A stretch of DNA of 58,184 nt, the filler included, from Basidioascus undulatus (Eukaryota), in NCBI GenBank assembly GCA_000826855.1. It is 8 parts of 8 records of this genome, joined end to end, with 100 filler letters (N's around TTAATTAATTAA, not from the genome) between each part and the next. Parts side by side here need not be neighbours in the genome. Positions count along the whole stretch, not along the records: positions 1 to 7,218 come from JTLS01001592.1; positions 7,319 to 14,533 come from JTLS01001593.1; 6 more parts are not named here. One strand, given 5' to 3'. Each line of letters starts with the position of its first letter. The stretch's first letter is position 1. Both the position numbers and the translations under genes were made by a program. The notes beneath the pieces were generated by a model. The model did not search any database. It saw only the letters and a program-made list of their open reading frames with translations, and had not been told where the DNA came from. Shown one piece after another: positions 1 to 10,858 of the stretch.

Positions 1-1460
1 GGGAGTGGGCGAGGTGGAGGGGGGAGAGGGGCGGGAGGGGGTTGTTGTGCGGGATGCGAGTCGGATCGAGGCGGGCCGGCGGAGACGGAGGTAGTAAAAG
101 GCGAGGAGGTGGAGCTGCAGGGACCGACGGTGAGTAGGATGATTCGTTTGACCAGCGGGGGAAACCGGACCCACCGAAAGGGCAAGGAGGAGGAAGGCAG
201 TTGCGACGCTGCGCAGTCTGGTCGCGTCCAGGTACTGCCGGATTGGTGGAGAGGAGAGCGCGAGGGCCGCGGATAGGCGAAGGAGGTACAGGGCGAACTG
301 GCATTTCTGTGTACGGGAGCAGTTTCAGCATTTGTGTCTCCAGCTCAGAATGAAGCGGAGAGCTCACGATCCATTTATCTCGCCCGATCAGCTTGACGTC
401 CCTGCCCAATGCGCGCTCGCGCTGCGCACGCTTCCAGGATGGGTCCCAGAACGCGTAGAGCAGGGATATTGCGGCGCAGAGGGGCGCGAGGAGCTGCAGC
501 GGCAGTTGAGTTGTGAGGAGGGTGTGTGGGAGAGAATCGGGGGAGAGGAGGATGGGTGGGTGGAGGGCTCCTATGAGGGTTTGGGAGAGTTGAGAAGAAT
601 GAGCATGCATGAGATGAATGCGCAGGACGCACCAGCCAAGTACAGCGAGAGGTCCGCGAGCGCCGTCGCGATCCAGAGCGTTCCCCTAACCCTCCAAAGC
701 GCCGCACTCCATCTCCCCGCCGGCCCCTCCGCTCCCCTATTCTCCTCCTCCCCATCCTCCACCTTCCGCCGCCGCCCGCGGCTGTCCGCCAACCAGCCGC
801 CAAGCACGCGCGCCTTCGCGCGGTAGTCCCGCTCGCGCATGATGCGCTCCACCTCGGGCGCGCAGGCGTCGCACAGCGGCGGGTAGCGCGCTTCGAGGGA
901 GGTTTTGTATTGTGGCAGGTTGGAGAGGGCCGAGGCGTAGGATGGGTCAGACGGGTCGGGAAGGTAGGAGGAGATGAGCGAAAGGGTGAGGGTCTGGTTG
1001 GTCCGGCAGGAGTGGCAGAAGGGGGAGGAGGAGGTGGAGGAGGAGGTGGCGGTGGTGCGGAAGGGGTCCGCTGGGGTGAGTGCTGAAGTACATCAGCACG
1101 AGCGTGTGGGTGGGTGGAGATGGGGGCGGGTGCTCACCTCGCTTGGCGAACGAGTCCTCGTTCAAGCCCGGATCATACATCGCCGGCTCGGAGCTAATCA
1201 GCTCCCCGCGCTTCATCCCACAGCATAATCAGCTCCACGTCACCCTCGCAGCAACCAAACACCACCCGACAACGCACCTGATCGCGCCTATTCCAGCACC
1301 CGCACGCCGGACATCGCCAGTTGCGCTCGTCGCCCAAAACTGTGCCCTCCGGCGGGGCGGCGTTCGCGTAGCGGACGGTGGAGAGGAGGGACTGCGAGAG
1401 GCAGAAGTGGCAGACGACGCGATGGGTGGACGGGGAATCGCTGCGCAGGAATAATGGCAT
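1..1460 (-). CDS. IMA1: Inner nuclear membrane protein Ima1 (Samp1/NET5 family), multi-exon, 3' end outside window
   Basis: Spliced translation MPLFLRS..CHFC..WRCPACGCWN|RGELISSEPAMYDPGLNEDSFAKR|..PFCHSCRTNQ..SYLPDPSDPSY..LEARYPPLCDACAPEV..RAKARVLGGWL fits the Cys-rich Ima1_N domain. Hydrophobic segments (FWDPSW) follow. GT-AG introns keep frame. Confidence 0.85.
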
Positions 1461-1893
1461 CGAAAGTGTGTGGTAAGGAGGTGAGTGTGGATCTTGGACG
1501 AACAGAAGGGGCTGGTCGGACTATTAGCGGGAATGAAATCAAGGGAGGCCGAGCAGGTTTTGGGAGAGCGCCAAACTATTTGTTCTTCCTTGATTCTGAC
1601 ACTGTTAAGACATTTTGGTAAACTCTGAGGCTGCTCTTCGAGACTAATCCTATAAATTGCTCTTCACCGATGTCCGAGCTACAGTAGCGAACCGTTGAAG
1701 CATCTGAATGTCAAAAAGAAAGAAAGACAATGATGAACGCGCCCGAGCGCGGCAAGCGCAAGCACGGGCCAACTCACGGCCCGTGAGGGCTCTCGACAAT
1801 ATACACTAAGCCCCACCCTCCTCCCACCTCACCTCCTCGATTTTACACGACCACACCCACACGATTCCCATACCCACAGATTAATACCATAGA

Positions 1894-4717
1894 ATGCCCC
1901 GCGAGCTCATCAACATCTCGGTGCGTCGAGCGAGCGAGCATAGTTCCAAAGAGCCGGTGTTGACTGGGTTGAGCGGGGTGAAGGCTGGGCAAGCTGGCAA
2001 CCAGGTCGGGACGGCGTTCTGGCTGAACCTCCTCCAGGTGCGTGGATAAGGTGAGATGGGAAGGAGGAGCGAGGGAGGCTGATGGACTGGACTGCGTCCC
2101 CTGCAGGAGCACGGGCTCGACCAGTCGGGCGTGGTCGTCCCAGGAACGGACCGGATTCAGACTGAGCACCTGTGCGCCTTCTTCTTGCCCCACTCCGCAT
2201 TACAGCATCTAATCACCTCTGAGCAGGAACGTCTACTTTGATGAGGTGGCCAACAACAAGTGCGTCTTGCGTCCTGGGAGCCTCAATAGGGCGGGCAGGG
2301 GTGGTTATTGATTCGGGCGGACAGGTGGGTGCCGAGGAGCTTGCAGATCGACCTGGAGCCGGCGACGATGGACGCTGTGCGGAACGGGCCTATTGGCGCT
2401 CGTGAGTCCTGCTGCTTTTCGTGCTTCTTTTTCAACGCTCGCCGCCTGACCAGCGGCCCCACAGTGCACCGCCCCGACTCCTTCATCCACGCCCAGTCGT
2501 CCGCAGGGTAAGTGCCGCCCGCCTTTCAGCTTCCCTTCAACCCACTGTCTGACATCCCCCATCACACTCAGCAACAACTTCGCGAAAGATAATGCTCCTT
2601 ATTCTTCTTCCGCATTCCCGCTCGAACTGACACGGTGTCGGGTTGGGGGTAGTACGGTACTACACGGAGGGCGCCGAGCTGATCGACCCGATCCTCGACG
2701 CGCTGCGCCTGCGCGCGGAGGCGGTCGACTCGCTCCAGGGTTTCCAGGCGCTGCACTCCCTCGGCGGCGGGACAGGCTCGGGGCTCGGCACGCTCATCCT
2801 GTCCAAGATCAGGGAGGAGTACCCCGACCGCATGCTCTCTACTTATTCGATCCTTCCCTCGCCCAAGGTGCGTCCTCGTAAGGACAATATGGATGAACAA
2901 GGATACTTACGGTTGTGGAGGAAAGGTGTCCGACACGGTCGTTGGTGCGTGAGAGTTGCGCTGGACGGTGCAGGAATGGCGGGCACTATGTTGATGTGTA
3001 CCGTCGATTGCAGAGCCCTACAACGCCACGCTTGCATTCCACCGTGAGCTCGGGAACTACATTAACAATGACCTGCGTCCGCTTACGACACTCCTCCGCA
3101 GAGCTCGTCGAGAACTCGGACCTTTCAGTGGCGCTGGATAACGAGGCGGTAAGGAGCCGCGTGTAGGCAGATCCCTAGCAGGGCCAGTCATGCTGAAACC
3201 ACCTGCCTGGACAGCTGTACGACATCGTGAGTCCTTCGCAACAAGCCGAAGCGCAGAGAAGCGGAACTGGGACTGACAGACAGCCGTGCTTTGCAGGTCG
3301 TCCGCACCCTCAAGGTCTCGCACCCCTCCTTCGACCAGCTCAACGCGGTCATCGCCAAGGTCCGTTGCTAAACACCCACACTCAAAAGAACTAAAGCTGA
3401 CGCATAATCCCCCCCAGACGATGGCCGGCATCTCCACGACCCTCCGTTTCCCGCACGTCTCCGCGCACTTCCACCCTCTTAACCCCCACTAACCCTACTG
3501 TCTCTCCCTCCGCACAGCTCCCAGCTCAACTCCGACCTCCGCAAGCTCGCGGTGAACATGAGTGCGTCTTTAAGCTAATATTCAGTGGCAGTGGAGATGC
3601 TGATGAGGGCGGGTGGCAGTCCCCTTCCCCCGCCTCCACTTCCTCATGGCCGGCTTCGCGCCGCTCGTCTCGCCCGGCGCGCAGGCGTACCAGAGCATGT
3701 CGGTCCCGGAGCTGACGAACCAGTGCGTCGCACTCTCGCCTGTTCTCGCGCGACAAAGAACAAATGACGCTGATCGGACGGCGCAGGCTCTTCGAGCCCG
3801 CCAACATGATGGCCGCTGCGAACCCGCGTTTGGGGCGGTACATGACTGGTGCGTTATTTCTTCAAGCGTATCCTGAAATGCAGTAAGAGGTTGATGGGAT
3901 GGTGCGTTGGTGGGGTGGGGCAGTGGCGTGCATCTACCGCGGCAAGCTCGGCACGCGCGATATCGAGGACTCCATCCAGGCTGTCCAGAACAAGAAGTGA
4001 GTTAGAAGGAAGCGAGAGAGGGAGAGAGAGGTTGCTGATGATGCATGCGTGAGCCACGCAGCTCCGCCTCGTTCGTCGAGTGGATCCCCAACAACGTCCT
4101 TATGAGCTTGTGTTCTGTCCCGCCCGTCGGTGCGCCCTCGTTCTCTAATGAGCGTTGGAAGACGCGTTTCGCTGACGTTTGATTGTCCCGCCGCAACAGG
4201 CCAGAAGCAGGCCGCGGTCTTCCTCGGGAACTCTACCTCGGTCCGTGCAGCCCTCCTAGCTACGTGCAGGGTGGAAAGAATGAATGGCTTACCGGTGAGA
4301 CGTGGCACAGATCCAAGAGCTCTTCAAGCGCACGCACGGCCAGTTCGCGGCTATGTTCCGCCGCAAGGCGTTCTTGCACTGGTGCGTCGTCGGTCTTCTC
4401 CACCAGCGCAATGTTCAGAACAGGAATTGACGGTAGAGGGGATTGGGGACTGGGATGGGACAGGTACACCGGCGAGGGCATGGACGAGATGGAGTTCACC
4501 GAGGCCGAGTCCAACTTGCAAGACCTTATTGCCGAGTACCAGCAGGTTCGTCTTTTGTCCCCTCGCCTTCTTCCATCCCCCCAGTAATTTGAGCTCAAAT
4601 TGATGATGCCGTTCCGCGCAGTACGAGAACGCGTCCCTGGACGACGACGAGGAGGGCGTGTACGAGGAGGAAGAGGCGGTCGAGGGCGGCGAGGAGGAGT
4701 ACGCTGCCGAGGAGTAG
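1894..4717 (+). CDS. TUB2: Beta-tubulin, divergent basidiomycete beta-2 type; 23 exons
   Basis: Spliced translation [99 protein letters not shown] plus an acidic tail, TAG at 4715-4717. 22 introns: 20 GT-AG, one GC-AG (3453-3517), one AT-AC (2589-2655). Confidence 0.96.
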
Positions 4718-5314
4718 AGCAGACTTTCCTCCTCCCTCTTCTCTCTTCTTGCACATACCACGTGTACTCTTTTCTTGCCCTACAGCTCCCGTCGACGTAA
4801 ACTTTCGCGCGCCTTCGGCTCTATTGCTCTTACTTTCGCTTTTACACTCCCGCTCTTGACGAAAATTGACGGTCGCTGCTCTGCTTGGCGAATGCAAATG
4901 AAATGAAGTGATGAAATTGTGGGCGTGGTGGATGCGGGAGATGTGCTCGACGACTGCTTTTGTGTGTGCGTTGCAGAACCTTTGATTGTCGCCAGGCTGC
5001 GTGAATGCCCGTGAACCTCATAGCGTTCCTATTGAGCATCATGATAGCGCACTTTTGACTTTGCCCCACGCAGCATAGTACGTGTAGCCTGAAACTTCGT
5101 TGCTTTGGCAGTGGCTCACATTGGGCTCGCAGTTGAGGCCGAAACGCCGAGCCAACGCCGAAGCCCCGGCTCGGCGCTCGCTAACGCCGGGCGTACCAGC
5201 GCGCTCCCACATCTCCCTCCTCCCAACATTTTCACACATCCGACAACGTCATTCTCTGCGCTCAATACTAATTGCTCTCGAGCCGCTAATACTTTCTACT
5301 CGATCGCCTGCGCC

Positions 5315-7218
5315 ATGTCAGGCTCAGCGTCGTCCTCATCGGGGGCCGCACGCACGTCGTCCACAGCCGATATCGGGCCCCTTCATGCACTCAACGAGGA
5401 TAGGGAACGCCAGGAGGAGGAGGAGCGGGAGGAGGGCCGGAACAAGAAGAAGAGGAAGCGCGTACTGCTCAGCTGCACTGGTGAGTTCTGCGGAGACGTT
5501 AGCTCAAGAGAAGGCCGTTCGGTCATTGGGCGCTTTGTTGGCTAGGCGCGCCGCGGCGGACAACCCATGTACCGTCGTAGGCAACTTGATGGATGTTTTG
5601 CTTTAATACACTGCATAGCGTGAATGGTGATGAAAAGCCACCTGACTGACGCTCGCTCGGCCGGGGCAGAATGCCACAAACGCAAAGTTTGTTTCCCTCT
5701 TTTTCCGCCTTGGTCTGCTCCACGCTTACCATGTACATTTTGGTAGGTCAAGTGTGGCCGAGGCCAGCCGGCGTGCCGCGCATGTGTCCGCCGGGGGGAA
5801 GCAGACCGTGCGTCCTACTTGGAATGTGGATGAGTTTGACCGGCTCTGACGTTGTATCGGGTGAAGGCTGCGTCTTCATGAACTCGCCAGAATCCGATTC
5901 GCAACAGTGAGCGTTCAATACTCGTGTCTTCACGCTCCTTTACTTACGCGAGAGATGCGCTCTTGGAGACCCCCCGGAGGCGTCCCTGCCCCCAGCAGGT
6001 ACGCAACCGTGCAGCAGCTGGCGAGCGTCGAAGCGCGTCTTGCCCAGCTGGAGGCGTACATCCAGTCGATCCCCCACGCCTCTGTGCCTCCCGGTGCCCC
6101 ATTCTCCACGCCTGGGACGTCGACCTTCAACCTCTCCCCTGCCCCAACTCCCCCGCCTCCTCCTTCGGCCCCGCCGCCCTCTGACTCGCACGCGCCCGCT
6201 CCTCCCGCGCCGTTCCGAAACATTTCATCTTCGACGCCTCGTGATAACGATAATGAAAGCTCCGCGATGGTGCTTGAGGAGCTGGCGCTTCGTGGAAGGC
6301 CCGATCTGCCGTCGCCCACACCCCGCGGAGTGCCGCAGAACGTGCTGCCGGAGGAGAAGGCCAAGGAGGAGGCGCTCTTGCTCGCGGATCTTCCGGACAA
6401 AGATCACTGTTTAAGCTTGATCCGCTTCTATGTACGTTCACTTGTTGCTGAGGTCAGAGTTGACACGGAAGACTAATGCTGCCGCGTTGACAGTCGGACA
6501 ATCTCGAATGTGGACATATTGAATGGCTCAAATTACGAATATATATTAACAAAAAGTGACTTTCAGGGTCAAACAAGACTTTGCACACACCGTCATTTCT
6601 CCAGCGCGCCGACGCCTTCCTCGCCGCCGCCGCCATTCCTGCCCCGCCCCACCGGAGTTGGACGCCTTCGGATGCGGGCCTTCTGGCATTGCTCTACTCG
6701 GTTCTGTGCAGCTCTCTGCACGCCATCCGACCCGAGCGATCGACGGACGTTGGCCGTCTCGCATGCGCCGTGCTTGATGCCAGCGGGCTTGCCGGCGAGG
6801 CTGAGTGGCGGGCGCTGGCAAAGCGGTTCGCCGACGCATCCAAGGTACATCAGTTGCATACGTGCCCCTTTACTCGCTGAACGCTCGTTTTCTACACAGT
6901 GTGCACTGGAGCTCGCCAATTGCCTTGGGCGGCCGTCACTTGACACGTTGCAGGCCATGTTAGTTCTTTCCAAAGTGAGGATTGCTTTCCATTAGAAGTC
7001 CTCGCAGCTAACAGGAACACATCTAGTTCCTCTTCACTCTTCCAGAACATCGGTACACTGGTTTCATTCACACCAACGTCTCCGTCCCCGAGTCGCAACT
7101 GAATCAGACGACTGCTGCAGGTTCGAGACGCAGATGTCGATGGTGGCTCTCGGAATGTATGTGTCTTGAGATCTTGGCGTGGCCCCTTTCCGTCCTCCCC
7201 TCCCCCCCCCCCTTACAG
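5315..7218 (+). CDS. Zn(II)2Cys6 transcription factor with fungal TF middle domain, 3'-truncated at gap
   Basis: KKRKRVLLSCT|ECHKRK|VKCGRGQPACRACVRRGEADR|CVF assembled over short exons. Followed by a coiled coil (VEARLAQLEAYI) and LPDK..LIRFY..W..LHTPSF, RPSLDTLQA. Confidence 0.88.
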
Positions 7219-7318
7219 NNNNNNNNNNNNNNNNNNNNNNNNNNNNNNNNNNNNNNNNNNNNTTAATTAATTAANNNNNNNNNNNNNNNNNNNNNNNNNN
7301 NNNNNNNNNNNNNNNNNN
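7219..7318. other. Artificial contig spacer (N-run + TTAATTAATTAA + N-run)
   Basis: 100-nt spacer with a six-frame stop linker, identical at 7 places. Confidence 0.98.
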
Positions 7319-8008
7319 CGCTCGGTCTCGAGCCGGACCGCGCGCAGCTCCATGTCGGGCGTGAGCTACCACTCGGCGATGGAGGACCCGTCTCCCATCC
7401 GGCGCAGCTCGGACGTCGGCCTCCTCCCCCCCGCACACATCTCTTCTTGGTCTTCCAGCCGCGCATCGTCCGTCCCCGAATCGGACGACGCTTCCGACCT
7501 CCAGCAGCAGTCCCAGCCGCAACCCCAGCGCCAATCCGAGCCGGAGCCGGAGCCGGAGCAGCGCCAACGCTTCCCGCCGGCCTCCGCCACCCTCCCATTC
7601 TCTCCTACCACCCTCCCGTCGAGCACCTCGCGCACGCACCGGCGCCGGCGCTCGAGCGACCCCACGTCTGCCACCGCGTCACGCGGCTCGCCCTCACCCG
7701 AAAAGGTCCTCAGCGCCGCGCTCTTCCCCGCTCCCCCCGCCGACTCGCCCGTACACTCGCAGCCGCCCACGCGCGGCTCCTCGCCGACCGTCTCGCGCCG
7801 GAACTCGCTCCCTGGCGGCCCACCGCCCGAGCTCAGGCAGGAGCAGGCCGAGGAGTGGTCCCGCACGCGCGCAGCGCGCCACAGCCAGCGCGTCAGCCTC
7901 GTCAGGGTCCCCGAGGCGTTCAAGAAGCACGCGCGCCAGTGGTCGACCGGCCAGGCGAGCCCGGTCGTCTCTGAGAGCGGAGCGCCTGCAGGCGGTCAAG
8001 CGGAATAG
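7319..8008 (+). CDS. C-terminal part of a Ser/Pro-rich hypothetical protein (5'-truncated)
   Basis: Open frame from the contig edge to TAG at 8008 with coding-like codon use, followed by a T-rich 3'UTR-like tract. No domain recognised. Confidence 0.6.
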   Translation, partial: RSVSSRTARSSMSGVSYHSAMEDPSPIRRSSDVGLLPPAHISSWSSSRASSVPESDDASDLQQQSQPQPQRQSEPEPEPEQRQRFPPASATLPFSPTTLPSSTSRTHRRRRSSDPTSATASRGSPSPEKVLSAALFPAPPADSPVHSQPPTRGSSPTVSRRNSLPGGPPPELRQEQAEEWSRTRAARHSQRVSLVRVPEAFKKHARQWSTGQASPVVSESGAPAGGQAE

Positions 8009-8288
8009 GATGAACGCTTTTGTTTTGTCCCTCATTGCTTTTTGCTGGCTTTGCTTATGTTCGCCAGTCCTGTTCTGCATTGTTCCTCGTTTTCACGTTG
8101 GTTACCCGCATATTGATGATCTCTGACCTTTTGTCGCTCCTTAGCTTTGGCCATTCACGTTGCATAGTCTGCCCCCATGCTGTAATGTTGCATTATCCGG
8201 AAAGACGATTCATAGTTTCCAAGGCAAGGTGTGCTGGTTTAGTGGATGATGAAGGGGCGAGCAACGCAGTAAGAAGCGGCCGAAGTCC

Positions 8289-9720
8289 ATGTCTCACCTT
8301 CACCATCACGCATCGGACTCTATCGTCGCCGGTGCCCTTCCAGTGTTTGCCGCCTGAGCTTCTCACGAAATTGCCGCACTTCTCGACGTTCAGGATCTCA
8401 AAGCTCTCTCCTCCGTCTCTTCCTTCATTCGATCTTTAGTACGGGCCCGTGTCTTCCGGCGCTCATGGCGTTCGATGCTATGGCTTCCCGGCGCGGCCGT
8501 ATTGATGGAACATATGCGCGCACTGCCGAGGCTGCGGACGCTGATCTCGTATGTCTCTTGCACGTCGTCCTATCTTCGAAGGAAGGTGCTCAACGGCCCT
8601 TTTAATCGTCACCAGGAACCTCTTAGTTATTGCGGAGCCAGAGCCCTACTTCGGCCGCCCACCGCCGCCCTATCGGGCGTGGACCCCTCCATCCTCAACC
8701 TGCCCATGGGCCAGGTACCCACACAGTCCATTCAGCAGATGCGCAACCTCGCGGATCTTTATTTCCGGCGTTTCGGTGCGCACTCCCCAACCTTGGGCCA
8801 TCGGACCTGCTGTCGCTCGCTCCCCTTCACATGCGCTATGCAAACTTTGTCCTCGAGGAGGAGATGCCCCGATCTTTCGCTCTCATGACAGGGCTCTCTG
8901 GCCTCACGCTTCGGTGCCTTGTGGCGAACGTCGCACCTCGTGGTCCCGACACCGTTGACCGCTTGATTGCGAACATCTTCGCCATCGCGCGGCAGACGGC
9001 GCCGACGCTCACAAAGTTGACGCTCGATTACGCTGTGCTGCAATTAGATCCGGAGCGCATCCAATCATGCGAACACGCGCTGCGGGACGTGCTCGGCAGA
9101 GCAGTGGGGCTTGAGGAGCTTACGTTGCCGTGCTTACGGACGCTCATGTCCGCTCGCCCCGATGTGCGCATCTTCGCGAGCGTTGCTCTCGCTCGACCTG
9201 TACGGCGAGTGCGATCCGACCGTCGTCGCTCGGTTTCGTGACCAAGAATCCGAACCTGCGTCGACTCATTGCCAATCTTGCGCGCGCGGATGGGGACGCG
9301 CTGCCGAATTTTCTTCATGTCCCACGCATGGCTGAGCTCACGCTTACCATGATAGACCAACCTCCGAGCTTGATGCGCATTGGCATGCCTCCTGTTCCGT
9401 CCCCGAAGCGCGCGCTCACGTACACTCACCACCAGGGCATCTTCGAGAAAGCCATATGCCAACTCTCCAACCTCCAACACCTCTGCGTCACGTTCGACGC
9501 CGACAACAACCTGCTTACCAGCTGGGTAGGTCACCTTGCGAGTACGGAGGTGTGCTGAACGCTCATTTTGACCGTGCCTGTTCCAATATTGACAAAAAGA
9601 CAAGTATGAAAATAAGAGAAGCTTTCCTTTGATTTTGGGAGCATTCGGTGTTTGTGAGCAACACCGCGAGTACGGCACCTGCAGAAGAACGACACACTAC
9701 TGCGTCGCCGGAAGGGCACC
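8289..9720 (+). pseudogene. F-box/LRR-like gene broken by frameshifts
   Basis: The F-box-like motif FQCLPPELL / HEIAALLDVQDLKALSSVSSFIRSL is split between frames near 8365 with no intron. LRR-like pieces (LTKLTLDY, LEELTLP, LQHLCVTF) lie in changing frames. Confidence 0.6.
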
Positions 9721-10148
9721 TGATGGACAGTAAACTTTGATCAAGGTTTCAAACGTCTCGAAAGAACCAATTTTGACATGTTCTCAGTAATTGAGCCTCT
9801 AATTATTTCAAAGTGAAGCGGATTCTCATTCAATGATCCCGTGCTTTCTGGGGAACAACACAAGATAGGTTTTTAGGGACATGCCAAATATTTCGTAGCA
9901 ATGTGCTTCCGGCGTGGCGTGCCAGCGAGCCCTGCCTCCTCCTACCGCGCTTCGCTCCCCGCATATCGTTCTCTATCATCCCACCTTCCTTGGAAATTAA
10001 ATGGCAACTTATCTGCAGATTCTGTGGTCTTCACTAGACGATGGCGCGCGCCTGCCCGTACGCGGCGAGATCATTCGCCACGACGCCCTGAAACCCGGCC
10101 CTTCCCGATCGGCACAGAGAGCGGGACTACCGGCCATTTGATCCTCAT

Positions 10149-10858
10149 CATGGACATAACGGAGGATGATCTACCCGGGACCTACTCCCTTCATTACTAT
10201 AGGTGCCCCACCATGGGACGACTTCGAGCTCCGCAAGCAGCTGCACGAGCGCCTCGTCCCTCTCCCGTGCACACCCAGTCTCGACTCCGAAGTGCTCCTG
10301 CCGCCTTCGTTCGAGGGACCGCGCCTGGATGCTGCTCGCTGGCGGGACACTAGCCAAGCGCGGTACTGGTTCAAGTCGCACTTCTGCGTGTCTCCTTGGC
10401 ACCAATCATGTACGTTCCCTTTACCTTAGCCGGCTCTAAGCAGCTTGCTCACCTTACTCGTCGGTCGGACTCAGTTCCGCCGCTACCCACCTCCTGCAAT
10501 TCTGCCTGACGACGGGCTGCTTCGTCTGGCCAAGCACGAGGAGCGCCTCATCGCGGCAGAGGTGGCGGCCTTGCTCCGCGCCCCCCCAGTCCCCGGCGAC
10601 GGGCCAAATGGGGGGGACGTCGTGTCGTTCGTGCGGATGCGCCCTAATTCTGTACAATATTGCCGCCTTGAGATGAGTAGAAAGCAGAGGCTGAGCGGGT
10701 GGGGCTCAGGGAGTGGGAGCAGCGGGACGAGAACGTCCGCGATTAGCTTTCCAGAGTCCCCTCGCCGCCTGGCCTATGACCATCAAAGTCGCTTGAAACT
10801 TCCAGCTTTCACATCTATTTTTTATACCCTGATTATGCAGTTGTGGCCTCAGGTCTAA
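10149..10858 (+). pseudogene. Hypothetical gene or gene remnant
   Basis: Coding-like GC-rich segments (WDDFELRKQLHERL.., FRRYPPPAILPDDGLLRLAKHEERLIAAEVAALL) in different frames. No consistent gene model. Confidence 0.3.

Noticed and set aside
1894..1920. Gamma-tubulin, suggested by the MPRE start
   Set aside because: The body has beta signatures ([34 protein letters not shown]).
2589..2655. U12 (minor spliceosome) intron
   Set aside because: The donor is ATAATG, not ATATCCTT; there is no TCCTTAAC near the 3' end; a U2-type CTGAC is present.
7263..7274. Regularly spaced TTAATTAATTAA as a biological repeat or CRISPR-like array
   Set aside because: Always centred in N-runs of fixed total length; it is a six-frame-stop assembly linker.
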